The position numbers were made by a program, and so were the translations under genes. Under the pieces are notes generated by a model, which was given only the letters and a program-made list of their open reading frames with translations, did not search any database and had not been told where the DNA came from. Positions 37,882-47,980 of a DNA stretch of 64,000 bases are shown piece after piece (position 1 is the first letter of the stretch; each line of letters opens with the position of its first letter). Source of the stretch: a virus (taxonomy: Duplodnaviria; Heunggongvirae; Uroviricota; Caudoviricetes); the IMG/VR virus record IMGVR_UViG_3300042349_000541, positions 94,773 through 158,772 of that record; one strand, written 5' to 3'.

Positions 37882-38277
37882 ATGTTAAGACGAAGTTTAT
37901 TTAAATATTTATTGGCACTTTCTACTGCAATCTTTATATCTCCGGAAAAATTATTTGCAGTAAAAGATAACATTTTATACGAACTTGTCAGCGTATCAAT
38001 TGAAAGCACTTTTGAACTAGAGCAAACATTTAGTAGTTTCCCTATCGAATATGAGGAACCTAAACCCCCCATAATGACCGTGCGTATAGAATATAAAAAT
38101 GGCAGTATTTATGAATTTGCCGGAAATGTCAAAGAATGGATATTAAACAAAGAAATTTTCAAGGAATGGCGTGTAACATATATCGAACTATTTGATGATA
38201 GTATCGTAATACATGCAAATAATGGAAAATGTTTTATTGAATTATTGAAAAACGATGAATATAATAGTAGCAATTAA
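37882..38277 (+). CDS. secreted hypothetical protein
   Basis: signal-peptide-like N-terminus. Confidence 0.3.
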   Translation: MLRRSLFKYLLALSTAIFISPEKLFAVKDNILYELVSVSIESTFELEQTFSSFPIEYEEPKPPIMTVRIEYKNGSIYEFAGNVKEWILNKEIFKEWRVTYIELFDDSIVIHANNGKCFIELLKNDEYNSSN

Positions 38278-38704
38278 TAACCTAAACGGCATTGGTTACA
38301 ACGGCTCGATTCCGTGGCATAATAAGAATGACTTACAGTTCTTTAAACTTATGACCTATGGTAATAATGTTTATATGGGCGGGAAAACTTATGACAGTTT
38401 GGACGGGCCGTTAAAAGGCAGATGCAATTATGTTTTGTCTCGCACGAAGCGTAAGGATGTATACACTTATACAGATTACTATAAATTTACAACTGCGATC
38501 CTAAATGATCCTAACGGGTTTATTATTGGCGGCGAATCTATTTACGATATGGCCCTAAGACATAATGTTGTCAGCAATATTTATCTGTCTAGGATAAACG
38601 ATAATAGCCCGTGTGATAAGTTTTTTTATGTTCCACATAGTTTTAAGTTAATCTCGACGGTTCGCTTGGAAGGACTAATTGTAGAGAGGTATAGTTTTAC
38701 ATAA
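38255..38704 (+). CDS. frd: dihydrofolate reductase
   Basis: IVAINNLNGIGYNGSIPWHNKNDLQFFKLMT...VYMGGKTYDSL...IIGGESIY DHFR motifs. Confidence 0.75.
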   Translation: MNIIVAINNLNGIGYNGSIPWHNKNDLQFFKLMTYGNNVYMGGKTYDSLDGPLKGRCNYVLSRTKRKDVYTYTDYYKFTTAILNDPNGFIIGGESIYDMALRHNVVSNIYLSRINDNSPCDKFFYVPHSFKLISTVRLEGLIVERYSFT

Positions 38705-38705
38705 A

Positions 38706-39062
38706 ATGATAAAAGAACCAACACCGCCACCGCTACCGCATACTTGGCCTAAAGTTAGTTCAGCGAGGCTGAATCACGAAAACCATTGTCTTGTATACCC
38801 ATTGAGGGGAACGCACAAAGGCTTTTGTTGTGAATTCGGATGGCAAGTAGCAGGATGGTCAAACGCTCCCTATCCGAACCGAATGGGGGGAGAGACAAAG
38901 GCAATTGTATTTGAAAAAACATCGCCAGCATCAGAGTCGATTATGGATTGTCTGGCAGATTTAGAACCCGGATTGTACTGGTGTCACGGAGATATTGAAT
39001 TAATGGACATTAGATCTGAAAACCCGCCAACATCACCACCACCACCACCACGAAAGCAGTAA
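38706..39062 (+). CDS. hypothetical Pro-rich-ended protein (GC-richer island)
   Basis: local GC clearly above neighbours; (CCA)5 run encodes PPPPP. Confidence 0.3.
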   Translation: MIKEPTPPPLPHTWPKVSSARLNHENHCLVYPLRGTHKGFCCEFGWQVAGWSNAPYPNRMGGETKAIVFEKTSPASESIMDCLADLEPGLYWCHGDIELMDIRSENPPTSPPPPPRKQ

Positions 39063-39065
39063 ACA

Positions 39066-39305
39066 ATGAATTTAGATACTAGGTTATTAATATACATTCT
39101 AATGTGTTTATTAGGAACTATTTTGGTAGGCTACATGCAAGTAGAATACTCAAGACAATCATATGAAGCTGGCGATAAAAGCTCTTATGCTTGGATGGGA
39201 TTTCTTCCGTTTTTTATACCTCTTTTCTTAATGGAAGCCTTGAAATATATAGTTCCCGTTGCTATAGTAATAGAAATAGTTATTTATTTACTCGAAAAAA
39301 AATAA
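39066..39305 (+). CDS. small membrane protein
   Basis: two TM segments. Confidence 0.3.
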   Translation: MNLDTRLLIYILMCLLGTILVGYMQVEYSRQSYEAGDKSSYAWMGFLPFFIPLFLMEALKYIVPVAIVIEIVIYLLEKK

Positions 39306-39306
39306 C

Positions 39307-39816
39307 ATGAAATGCAAAAAATGCGAACATTATTCAACTCATTCAGACAAGTGTTTAAACTGCGGAAATAAATTCCCATATTTTTATATGGAAAATATTA
39401 TGGTTTTAAAAAATAAAACTTACCAAGGCGTTATTACTTCTTTACCCCCAAACGGTATTTTTGTTTACGGGGCTAATACCGAGGGGCGACACGGAATGGG
39501 TGCGGCCAAAGTTGCCAGAGAAAAATTCGGGGCAATTTACGGAAAAACGGGTTTACAAGGGCAAAGTTATGGTATAATAACTAAAGACCTCGGGGCGACC
39601 AGTCACCCCTCGGTATCTGTTGATGCCATAACAAAACAGATCGCAGATCTGTATAAGTTTGCAGAAACTAGGCCCGACCTAGAATTTTACGTAGCGTATA
39701 GCGGCAAAGGTAAAAACCTCAATGGTTATACACCGGAGCAAATGGCTGGTATGTTCATGCACTTTCCAGTTCCGCATAATATAGTTTTTGAAGAAGAGTT
39801 TTGTAAACTTAAATAA
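39307..39816 (+). CDS. zinc-ribbon plus Rossmann-like (macro/SLOG-like?) domain protein
   Basis: CKKCEH...CLNCGN; GIFVYGANTEGRHGMGAAKVA loosely resembles macro-domain NAAN..GGG or SLOG glycine-rich loops. Confidence 0.3.
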   Translation: MKCKKCEHYSTHSDKCLNCGNKFPYFYMENIMVLKNKTYQGVITSLPPNGIFVYGANTEGRHGMGAAKVAREKFGAIYGKTGLQGQSYGIITKDLGATSHPSVSVDAITKQIADLYKFAETRPDLEFYVAYSGKGKNLNGYTPEQMAGMFMHFPVPHNIVFEEEFCKLK

Positions 39817-39834
39817 TAAAGAAGGTACTAATTT

Positions 39835-40065
39835 ATGAAAGCGTCAGAATTTTGTTACTGGTTACAAGGCATGTTTGAGCTAAGTAACCCGCAGGAATTG
39901 AATAAACAACAAACAACTCAAATCAAAAGGCATCTTGCTTTGGTATTCAAGCACGATATTGATCCACAGCAGGGAACACCCGAGCACCAAGCCGAATTGC
40001 AGGCAATTCACGATGGACAGCAATTTGGTGGAATTGGACAAAACGGTGAATTATATCGCTGCTAA
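39835..40065 (+). CDS. hypothetical protein
   Basis: ORF-track ORF. Confidence 0.25.
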   Translation: MKASEFCYWLQGMFELSNPQELNKQQTTQIKRHLALVFKHDIDPQQGTPEHQAELQAIHDGQQFGGIGQNGELYRC

Positions 40066-40091
40066 TCTTATCGAAAGTATTAAATAATAAT

Positions 40092-40397
40092 ATGACAAAA
40101 GAAGAATTAATAAATATTATTTGCGAGTTATGCGATAAGCGTGCTAGTGAAGCATTTCATATAAAAGCCGATGTAGCTAGACATATGATTTCAGAATCTA
40201 TCGAAGAATATATACATGATCTCATTCATGATATTTCTTTAGAAGAAATAAACGGCGAAAGAATATTCCATAATCTAATTGATTATTACAGGTTGCCCGA
40301 TACTCACAAATATCTTTTCTCAAAAGATTATGACGATATGGATGAAACAGAAAGATCTATACATTACAAGGCGTTACCGCCTGCCAAACTAAATTAA
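40092..40397 (+). CDS. hypothetical protein
   Basis: ORF-track ORF. Confidence 0.3.
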   Translation: MTKEELINIICELCDKRASEAFHIKADVARHMISESIEEYIHDLIHDISLEEINGERIFHNLIDYYRLPDTHKYLFSKDYDDMDETERSIHYKALPPAKLN

Positions 40398-40413
40398 AAT
40401 AAGGAATAACAAA

Positions 40414-41445
40414 ATGAACTATTTAGAGATTATTAAAAACGTAGTAAATAATGGCGTAGCCAAGCAAGCAACTCGATACGATGCCGCAGGCAATGTCATT
40501 CCTGTTGAGAACGGGAATATTGGAACATTCTGCGAAGTATTCCGTCACGATATGTCAGAAGGCTTTCCTTTAACTACGCTTCGTAAGATGCCTTGGCGAA
40601 GCATTCGTGTAGAACTTGAGGGGTTTATCAAAGGTGTTACAGACAAGTCTTGGTATAAAGAACGAGGCTGTAATTTTTGGAACGAGTGGGCGAATCCGGT
40701 TGCCGTAAAGAAATCCGCAATAAAAAAAGAAGAAGAACTCAAAAATATTCACAATGACAAATCTGTTGTTCTAACTAGAGAAGCATATAAAAGTGTTCAA
40801 TTAGAAACTAATGATCTTGGGCCGATCTATGGCTATCAATGGCGTAATTTTGCAAAACAATATGGAGAAGTAAAGTTCAGAGATTTTATTGAGGATGGAT
40901 GCTGTCCAGCGACAGGAGAATATCAACAAATAGAAGAAAACGTAAACGGTCTAGAAGGTGGAGTTGACCAATTTAAGTCCATAGTTGATAAACTCAAGTC
41001 TAGTCCTTATGATCGCAGAATGGTATGTTCAGCATGGAATCCGAATCAAATGCATATGATGGCACTTCCGCCTTGCCACGTTTTACATCATGTCGTTGTA
41101 TATGGCAATAAACTCAATTTAACTTGGTTTCAGCGTTCATGTGATTCTACGCACGGACTTCCTAATAATATCGCTAGCTATGCTTTATTACTTATGCTGT
41201 ATTGCGAAGAATCAGGTTTAGAGCCGGGAGAATTAGTTGGGGTTCTTTCTGATTGCCATGTGTATGAAAACACTATAGAGCCAGCGAAAGAATTAGTTTC
41301 TAGAGAAGAAAATAAACTTCCAACCGTTAAGATCAAAAGAAAAGAAGACGGTAGTTTCTCTATTTTTGACTGGACTTGGAACGAGGTTGAGTTAATTGGA
41401 TACGATCCTCATCCACCTATAAATATGGGTTGCGTAACAGTATAA
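40414..41445 (+). CDS. thyA: thymidylate synthase (ThyA family)
   Basis: GFPLTTLRKMPWRSIRVELEGFIKG, ALPPCHVLHHVVV (catalytic Cys), FQRSCD, LPNNIASYALL motifs; DHFR gene adjacent. Confidence 0.8.
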   Translation: MNYLEIIKNVVNNGVAKQATRYDAAGNVIPVENGNIGTFCEVFRHDMSEGFPLTTLRKMPWRSIRVELEGFIKGVTDKSWYKERGCNFWNEWANPVAVKKSAIKKEEELKNIHNDKSVVLTREAYKSVQLETNDLGPIYGYQWRNFAKQYGEVKFRDFIEDGCCPATGEYQQIEENVNGLEGGVDQFKSIVDKLKSSPYDRRMVCSAWNPNQMHMMALPPCHVLHHVVVYGNKLNLTWFQRSCDSTHGLPNNIASYALLLMLYCEESGLEPGELVGVLSDCHVYENTIEPAKELVSREENKLPTVKIKRKEDGSFSIFDWTWNEVELIGYDPHPPINMGCVTV

Positions 41446-41521
41446 CATCTAGAATTAGATCCATTTCTAGGGTTTGGCGTATAGCAATATATGCTAAGCC
41501 CTTATTTTATGGAGACTAATT

Positions 41522-42109
41522 ATGATATGCATTTACCAGATTAAAAATTTAGAAAATAATAATATTTATATTGGAAGCACTAAAGAATTCAAAAAAAGAA
41601 AATCTAGACATTTAAGAGATTTAAAAAAAGGAGAACATCATTCGGTATATTTACAAAGAGCTTATAACCTATATGGTTTAAAATCTTTTGTATTTGAAAT
41701 ACTAGAAGAGTGCTTAGAGGAAGAATTATTTGAAAAAGAAGAATTATGGACAAAAAAATTGCTTCCAGAATATAACATAGGATCAATTTGTGGTGGCGAC
41801 AACTACACAAACAATCCAAATAAAGAAGAAATAAAGAAAAAGATAATAAAAGGTCTTGAAAAAGCTTGGGAAACTCCTACAAGCTTACCTAAAGAAACTA
41901 ATCCGAACTGGAAAGGCGGAAAAACATTTTTCACTTGTCCAGTATGTAATAAGGAAATTAGAATTTCTGGCGACAAAGCAAGGCCAAAAACTTGTGGAAA
42001 ATGTAGAGACAGAAACGCAGAAAAAAACCCTTTCTTTGGCCGTAAGCATTCCGAAGAAACAAAAGAAAAAATTCGACAAACTAAATTAAAAAACAAGGGT
42101 TCGACTTGA
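41522..42109 (+). CDS. GIY-YIG homing endonuclease
   Basis: ICIYQIKNLENNNIYIGST...RKSRH...YG GIY-YIG motif; free-standing immediately downstream of thyA. Confidence 0.65.
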   Translation: MICIYQIKNLENNNIYIGSTKEFKKRKSRHLRDLKKGEHHSVYLQRAYNLYGLKSFVFEILEECLEEELFEKEELWTKKLLPEYNIGSICGGDNYTNNPNKEEIKKKIIKGLEKAWETPTSLPKETNPNWKGGKTFFTCPVCNKEIRISGDKARPKTCGKCRDRNAEKNPFFGRKHSEETKEKIRQTKLKNKGST

Positions 42110-42134
42110 CAAACTACAATCCGCATGATAAAAT
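42106..42134 (+). promoter_or_regulatory. sigma-70-like promoter (TTGACA-17-TAAAAT, TGa extended)
   Basis: hexamers 42106-42111 and 42129-42134 at 3' end of GIY-YIG gene. Confidence 0.4.
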
Positions 42135-42155
42135 AGACGTAGGAGCGGTAACAGT

Positions 42156-42359
42156 ATGAAAGATAGAATACTAAAAATGATTGAAGACCTATACGGACCC
42201 GTTGAATGGGGTGGTGCTATGGGTTGGGGAGACGGAGTTATAACTTGTTCAGTTATTAAAGACGGACAAGTTGTTAAAGGTATAAGTGGTGATAATTGTA
42301 CATCACTTGAGGCTGTAATTGATTTGGCCGGTAAATTAAATATTAAGCTAGGAGCGTAA
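42156..42359 (+). CDS. hypothetical protein
   Basis: AGGAG RBS; start of a run of 18 tightly packed small ORFs. Confidence 0.3.
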   Translation: MKDRILKMIEDLYGPVEWGGAMGWGDGVITCSVIKDGQVVKGISGDNCTSLEAVIDLAGKLNIKLGA

Positions 42360-42620
42360 ATGTTACCATCAAGAAGTTTGTGTGAATATTCTGAACAAGA
42401 ATTTGTGCTAATTTCAGCATTGAGTTCTCATTGGACAAATGTAATTAAGGAGACATACATTTCACCACTGGAATTATATAAAATTCTTGCAATTGAATGT
42501 TTTCTTTCGAATCGTCAAGGGCCAGAAGTAGATGCTCTAAGAAGAGGGTTAGCGGCCTTACAAAGCTGTAGTATATATAGAATGACAAGTGAGTTTGATG
42601 AATTAGTAAGGATTTCATAA
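42360..42620 (+). CDS. hypothetical protein
   Basis: TAAATG coupling. Confidence 0.3.
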   Translation: MLPSRSLCEYSEQEFVLISALSSHWTNVIKETYISPLELYKILAIECFLSNRQGPEVDALRRGLAALQSCSIYRMTSEFDELVRIS

Positions 42621-42624
42621 AAGT

Positions 42625-43059
42625 ATGTACAGACTAACTTCACCCGATAAATTAACAATCAAGCCTCACGTTTGCAATACTCCGGAACTTGCGGAAATTG
42701 TCAGGAATTACATTGAGTCTCGACACGATTGCACTATAATAGTAGAAGAACGCCCCGGCAAGATGTACTTCGATTGTCCGGGTTCAAAGTGGATAAACCC
42801 TAGCCTTTACGATGTAACGATTGGAATTATCGAGACAAAAGTAGACGAAGCTGGAATATTGGCGTATCGCATAGGGGCTATGGAGCACGACTTTTTAAGG
42901 GGCTTTTCAAGAATACAGTCTTTCTTGGAAAATATTTGCCTGTCGGAGTCGGAACTGATTGAATGCAAAGAATTTGTCCGGGCAAATCAAGACCAGTTAA
43001 ATAAATGGCATAAAGAAGTTGATCTAATATTTTATAATCAAAAATCAAGGGAAAAGTAA
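42625..43059 (+). CDS. hypothetical protein
   Basis: ORF-track ORF. Confidence 0.3.
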   Translation: MYRLTSPDKLTIKPHVCNTPELAEIVRNYIESRHDCTIIVEERPGKMYFDCPGSKWINPSLYDVTIGIIETKVDEAGILAYRIGAMEHDFLRGFSRIQSFLENICLSESELIECKEFVRANQDQLNKWHKEVDLIFYNQKSREK

Positions 43060-43257
43060 ATGAATATTGATAAATTACTAGAAACAGTTCCAGTTGATGT
43101 AAAGAATGCTATTGAAGAAATTACTCATAAAGCAGGCACACATGGCGAAGACTGGGTGTTATTAGAAGTAGCAGCTAAGTTGCTTTGTGAAGCCCGGCAA
43201 GAACGTGGTCAATACATGAATTTGTACTTTGGTATTTCTAATGAACACACAAAGTAA
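43060..43257 (+). CDS. hypothetical protein
   Basis: TAAATG coupling. Confidence 0.25.
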   Translation: MNIDKLLETVPVDVKNAIEEITHKAGTHGEDWVLLEVAAKLLCEARQERGQYMNLYFGISNEHTK

Positions 43258-43459
43258 ACTAGATTCTATCTTAGAACAGTTAGTTCGAAATAATTTTTTA
43301 GCTGAAGATCACTATGCCAGCGACTACTGTAAATACTGTCTCACAGAGTATGGCAACTATTTCAAGCGTGGATTCGACAAACAATCTACTCAAACAAACC
43401 ACAAACCCGATTGTTTGCATAGGCTAGCTGTGGAAATCTTAGAAGAAAGGGCAGTATAA
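43229..43459 (+). CDS. hypothetical protein
   Basis: ORF-track ORF. Confidence 0.25.
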   Translation: MVFLMNTQSKLDSILEQLVRNNFLAEDHYASDYCKYCLTEYGNYFKRGFDKQSTQTNHKPDCLHRLAVEILEERAV

Positions 43460-43461
43460 TA

Positions 43462-43794
43462 ATGGGAATAAAACTTTTTAGCGATTCGCCTCGATGCTAC
43501 AAAGAGATTAATCCGCCCGACCCTAATCCATGTAATTTTTCTATTCTATATATTTATGAATCTTCGCTAGTTGATTTTTGTATTGTTATGGCAAAATATC
43601 ATGGATGTACTACGTTCGATGGCAAAAAGCTAATGCTGGTAAAAGGAAGAAAAAAAGAAATTAAAAAAATGACAATGCTAGATCCACATTTACTGGGAAA
43701 TGGTCACGTTGTTGTTGCAAGATTTGAGCCTAATGACGAAGGCATTGAAATGATCGTGGCGTTATTAAAACTTATGGAGGAAAGTGCCTCATGA
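43462..43794 (+). CDS. hypothetical protein
   Basis: ORF-track ORF. Confidence 0.3.
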   Translation: MGIKLFSDSPRCYKEINPPDPNPCNFSILYIYESSLVDFCIVMAKYHGCTTFDGKKLMLVKGRKKEIKKMTMLDPHLLGNGHVVVARFEPNDEGIEMIVALLKLMEESAS

Positions 43795-44108
43795 ACATAC
43801 CACAAGATATTTATTATATAAAATTAGCTCGTGACATAGAATACTTTCTATTCGACAATAAGATAGTTCACTGGCCTATTGATTTAGATTATGATTACGA
43901 TAGAAATCGTGCTGATCTTACTATAGAAATAAAAAAAGATAAACTAGACGATCTTGAAAAATCAAAAATGCTTAGCACAATATTGGCTAAGCTTAACTAT
44001 GAGCTATCGCATACCGGCCCTAGAACAGATTTTTTATACGGTCATTTAACTGTAGTTCCAATGGAAAATGAAAATTCTGTCACATTTCACATATGTTTTA
44101 TTTTTTAA
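43791..44108 (+). CDS. hypothetical protein
   Basis: ATGA coupling. Confidence 0.3.
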   Translation: MNIPQDIYYIKLARDIEYFLFDNKIVHWPIDLDYDYDRNRADLTIEIKKDKLDDLEKSKMLSTILAKLNYELSHTGPRTDFLYGHLTVVPMENENSVTFHICFIF

Positions 44109-44130
44109 TATAGGCAAGTAAGATATAAAA

Positions 44131-44385
44131 ATGGGAATGACAGCCAGATTTAAATGCCAAAGCTATTTTATTGTAAAAACAAAAAAGACAGATTTTTCTT
44201 TAGGTCGCACTTTTACAATTGCGCATCCTGTACCGGAAATAGATTTTAACATCGCTAATTATATAGAATACGATCATCATTATGATATAATTGTTATGGA
44301 TGGTGGAGAAACGGTTACTATTATAAACGTGCCAAAAAACATGATTACCATTGCAAACAAACACCTAAAAGGAAATAAGTCATGA
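44131..44385 (+). CDS. hypothetical protein
   Basis: ORF-track ORF. Confidence 0.3.
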   Translation: MGMTARFKCQSYFIVKTKKTDFSLGRTFTIAHPVPEIDFNIANYIEYDHHYDIIVMDGGETVTIINVPKNMITIANKHLKGNKS

Positions 44386-44579
44386 GAGATTTTTACGCCA
44401 GAAAACAAGAACGTATAATGCACTACGAAAAATATGTCAAAGGCTGGAAACAAAGGCCATGCTCTGCCTGTAATGGGTCGGGCAGATATGATAGTACAGA
44501 TTCACCAGAATGCGGCTGTTGCGAAGGAACAGGAAAGGAAAGATATAAACATGAGAGAATTAAAATTTCGTGCCTTTAA
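44382..44579 (+). CDS. DnaJ-type CxxCxGxG zinc-finger protein
   Basis: CSACNGSGRYDS...CGCCEGTGK. Confidence 0.3.
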   Translation: MRDFYARKQERIMHYEKYVKGWKQRPCSACNGSGRYDSTDSPECGCCEGTGKERYKHERIKISCL

Positions 44580-44928
44580 TAAGTCTATCAAAGAAATGTA
44601 TCCGTGTGCAGGGTTTCTATCTGGATTGGTAGTGGTAATGCAGGATGGTCAAACTCTTGGTTACAAAGACGATGATTGGGAGATACAGCAGTATACGGGC
44701 CTCAAGGATAATAATGGCCGAGAAATTTACGAAGGCGACGTACTACAGTACACAGCACCTGCGTTTGCAACTTTTAAATCGAAGGACACAACAGAATCTG
44801 GAGCGGTAGTTTTTGATAGCGCGGTTTTTTGGTGCAATTATCCGCTATACGAGGTTGTTTCTCCAGACTGGAATTGTACAATTATTGGTAATATTATGGA
44901 AAACCCGGAGCTATTAAATGTATCCTGA
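44550..44928 (+). CDS. YopX-like phage protein
   Basis: MRELKFRAF N-terminus typical of YopX family; ATG 44550 with GGAAAGGAAAG RBS; track ORF 44434 trimmed. Confidence 0.35.
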
Positions 44929-45112
44929 CTATCAACTGAAAAAGCTGTCAGAAATTACCGATTGCAATCATAAAAACGCCCAATTTTACGGGGATTATTC
45001 CTTAGTGGGATATTATTATTGCACATCTTGCAAGTCAAAATTTTGCCCACAAGAATTTCAAATAGAACATTTAGGACTATATAAAAGCACGGAGTTGATG
45101 CAGCATGAATAA
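44918..45112 (+). CDS. small Cys-rich protein
   Basis: ORF-track ORF. Confidence 0.25.
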   Translation: MYPDYQLKKLSEITDCNHKNAQFYGDYSLVGYYYCTSCKSKFCPQEFQIEHLGLYKSTELMQHE

Positions 45113-45329
45113 ACAATTTTTACTTGAAGTATTAAAAGACACCATTGATATTTTTATTCTTTTTATAAAAGCATCTTTGTTTATATTACCGGGAGTTATT
45201 GCAATTTTATTATTCATTTTTGGAATTGGAAGTTTACTTGTCAGTCCAATACTAGCAATTGTATCATTAATTTTCGTACCGATAATGATGTTTATCAGTG
45301 TGTTTTTTGGTAAATTATTTTTTGAATAG
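45105..45329 (+). CDS. small membrane protein
   Basis: two TM segments. Confidence 0.3.
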   Translation: MNKQFLLEVLKDTIDIFILFIKASLFILPGVIAILLFIFGIGSLLVSPILAIVSLIFVPIMMFISVFFGKLFFE

Positions 45330-45336
45330 GTTAAAA

Positions 45337-45660
45337 ATGAAACCTTACTTAATTAGTATAGAACTAGAACGCCTGCAAATAAAAATAGATGCGTTGCTAA
45401 AAGAAAAGAGAGAACTCATAGATAAAACAATCAAGGAGTGTGAACATCCTTTAGCGGCTATTCGTGAGTTGCCCTATAAGCCTCCGATCAACAGTTTTTT
45501 TACCGCAGAACCACCGCATTTAGTTTGTACGGCTTGCGGTCTGAGCGAGCAAGGATGGGGTTGCGGATACAAAAAATTAAAACACGCTGACAATAAAAAT
45601 GTAAAACAAATAACCCGCGAAGAATGGTCGGAAGTATGTTTAAGGATAAATAATGAATAA
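45337..45660 (+). CDS. hypothetical protein
   Basis: ATG 45337 immediately after upstream stop; track ORF 45298 trimmed. Confidence 0.3.
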   Translation: MKPYLISIELERLQIKIDALLKEKRELIDKTIKECEHPLAAIRELPYKPPINSFFTAEPPHLVCTACGLSEQGWGCGYKKLKHADNKNVKQITREEWSEVCLRINNE

Positions 45661-45871
45661 ATATAAATACAGACTTTCATACACTGCATGGTACAGCTCA
45701 GATCATTTAAGTGTAGATAGCGATGATTATCATCAAGAATTCGATACACTCGAAGAAGCCTTAAAAGAATACAAAAATCTTAAAGCTAAAAACGGAACGA
45801 TAGACTGGCCCCGTAATAATTTCCGTCTCATAAAATATAAAGAAGTAGAATTATGCGAAAACCAAGCATAA
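45653..45871 (+). CDS. hypothetical protein
   Basis: ORF-track ORF. Confidence 0.25.
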   Translation: MNKYKYRLSYTAWYSSDHLSVDSDDYHQEFDTLEEALKEYKNLKAKNGTIDWPRNNFRLIKYKEVELCENQA

Positions 45872-45908
45872 ATGCGTAAAGTCTAAATTTACTAAAGAAG
45901 AAATAAAA

Positions 45909-46127
45909 ATGTGTAAAAAATGCGGATACAAAAATGGTGACACCATGCACTTACTTTACTGGCAAGCCGAATGGTTTAAAAGGTTTATTACTACATGGTG
46001 GCATATAATTAATCGCCGGGCTTATCATAGATGGTGCAAGAAAAACTGTAATAGTTTTATTCGTTCTTTAAAAACAGATATACCAGATGAAGGCTTAAGA
46101 ATGGAGTTAGACGAATTTCTAAAATGA
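45909..46127 (+). CDS. hypothetical Cys/His-rich protein
   Basis: ORF-track ORF. Confidence 0.25.
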   Translation: MCKKCGYKNGDTMHLLYWQAEWFKRFITTWWHIINRRAYHRWCKKNCNSFIRSLKTDIPDEGLRMELDEFLK

Positions 46128-46510
46128 TCTTTACGTTTTTAAACGGCGATGTTATAAAAACATCCGAAATAACTCTAGTTTCTAGAATTGAACAGTATGA
46201 TATAAGCAGATTTGCACATAAATTTTATTACAATATAACCTTAAATAATAAAATTGAAATAGAAAGATACTTAATTTGCTCTATAGATAAACACGAGATA
46301 TGTAAACAACTTCAAAATTCTTTTTATATATCAGTAAGACCTATGTATGAAATAAATAACGTTAAAGGATTTGACAAAGGAATACAAATATCAGCTTCTT
46401 ATTTATCGTTCGTTAAATGGGACGAACAGAATATCATTGATTTTGAAAAACTAGATTCATTTAAACTTTTTAATCAGGAGCGTTTAGACCTCATAGATAA
46501 ATTATCATAA
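46124..46510 (+). CDS. hypothetical protein
   Basis: ATGA coupling. Confidence 0.3.
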   Translation: MIFTFLNGDVIKTSEITLVSRIEQYDISRFAHKFYYNITLNNKIEIERYLICSIDKHEICKQLQNSFYISVRPMYEINNVKGFDKGIQISASYLSFVKWDEQNIIDFEKLDSFKLFNQERLDLIDKLS

Positions 46511-46524
46511 ACCAAAGGAATAAA

Positions 46525-46950
46525 ATGTCAGTTAATTACACTCAAAAATGCATACTTGGATTAGAATTTGATATTGAAAAATTAAAAGTTATAGATAAAA
46601 AGGCTCTGTATGAAACTCAGAATAGATATGATACAAAGACTGGAGAAATTATTAAAACAGAAAACGTAAAAATAAAAGACGAGGAATATCATTATGAATT
46701 CATGGGAGAATCTTATCAAGATTTATATAGTATAAGTTATGAGTATAAAGATGTTTCAGTTATTGTTGATGGGAACTCTTTATTTTTTGGAATATCTTTA
46801 GGTGAAACATATGATTACGGAAGGGCTACATTAATAGAAGATAGCATATCAATACCAATACTTTTAGAAAACGTAGAAAAATTGATAAAAATACTGCCGG
46901 AAGCACTTCATACTCAAATAGAAATTTATTTCATAGGAATGGTTGGATAA
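46525..46950 (+). CDS. hypothetical protein
   Basis: ORF-track ORF. Confidence 0.3.
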   Translation: MSVNYTQKCILGLEFDIEKLKVIDKKALYETQNRYDTKTGEIIKTENVKIKDEEYHYEFMGESYQDLYSISYEYKDVSVIVDGNSLFFGISLGETYDYGRATLIEDSISIPILLENVEKLIKILPEALHTQIEIYFIGMVG

Positions 46951-47284
46951 TATGCAAGTAAAATATTTAAGGCAAACAAAGCCAACTAATTGCGGTCAGA
47001 CTGTAGTAGCAATGCTATTTAATATTACTATCGAGGCAGCGGAACAGCTTATCGGTCATGACGGAATCACCACCGAAGCTGAAATCGTCTCGCTTTTAAC
47101 AAAGCACGGACTTATACCTTATGAGAACGGTAATACGTCGGTTTGGCTACAGCTTCATAAAAATCCAAGAAATTCTAAACAAAAACACTGGACATTATTG
47201 GTCAATGGTGATATAATAGATCCGTCCGGGCGAAAAGCCGAAGATTTGTGGCCCGTGGAAAAATTCTGGATCTTAAACTATTGA
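46943..47284 (+). CDS. hypothetical protein (possible Cys-peptidase-like N-terminus CGQTVVAM)
   Basis: weak motif only. Confidence 0.25.
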   Translation: MDNMQVKYLRQTKPTNCGQTVVAMLFNITIEAAEQLIGHDGITTEAEIVSLLTKHGLIPYENGNTSVWLQLHKNPRNSKQKHWTLLVNGDIIDPSGRKAEDLWPVEKFWILNY

Positions 47285-47290
47285 GGTAAA

Positions 47291-47980
47291 ATGATAACTA
47301 CATTAAATGGTAATTTCGAATTAGACGGTATGGATAATTGCCAAAGTGTTGAACTCCTATATAATCGTGTATGGGAATCGCACCTACTTGATGTTATAAA
47401 TAAATATGTTATTCCGGGAAGTGCAGCAGTAGATGCTGGCTGTAATTTTGGAACGATGTCTATACCTATAGCCCGCAAACTTGGACCCTTAGGGCAGTTA
47501 TATTCCTTTGATATTAGTTTGTACATGATCCGTAAATTTCTAAATAATATCGAGCTAAATAATAATCTTGCGGCAATACATATTGTTAATATGGCACTAT
47601 CTGATAAATGCGATGAATATGTATATTTCAATGATATTGAGTTTGAAAACAACCTACAGGTTAACTATGGAGACATAAGAATACATGCCAGTAAAGACAA
47701 TCACTTCGGGCAAATGATTAAAACTACAACTATTGATACTTACAATCTAGACAATGTAAGTTTTATTAAAGTTGACTGTCAAGGATATGACTTAAAGGTG
47801 TTAAGAGGGGGTGTTAACACTATAACTAAATGTAGGCCCGTGGTAGTTTTCGAATGGGAAGAACATATGGCCCAACCTCACGGAGATACTTTTCAAGACA
47901 CTATTGATTTTTTTTCTTCTATAAACTATGGAGTAGAAAAAATAGCAAAGGATGACTGGATTGCAAAATACAATGGATAA
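47291..47980 (+). CDS. FkbM-family SAM-dependent methyltransferase
   Basis: GSAAVDAGCNFGTMSIPIARKLG matches the FkbM methyltransferase glycine-rich motif. Confidence 0.5.
   Translation: MITTLNGNFELDGMDNCQSVELLYNRVWESHLLDVINKYVIPGSAAVDAGCNFGTMSIPIARKLGPLGQLYSFDISLYMIRKFLNNIELNNNLAAIHIVNMALSDKCDEYVYFNDIEFENNLQVNYGDIRIHASKDNHFGQMIKTTTIDTYNLDNVSFIKVDCQGYDLKVLRGGVNTITKCRPVVVFEWEEHMAQPHGDTFQDTIDFFSSINYGVEKIAKDDWIAKYNG

Noticed and set aside
40414-41445. Possibility that the ThyA homolog is a dCMP/dUMP hydroxymethylase (hypermodified DNA)
   Set aside because: The phosphate-loop region is diverged (NGNIGTF instead of DRTGTGT), but the catalytic Cys, the FQRSCD and NIASYALL motifs are ThyA-like. A DHFR gene lies just upstream, which only makes sense if dihydrofolate is produced, i.e. 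a true thymidylate synthase. Kept as ThyA, with the alternative noted in the findings.
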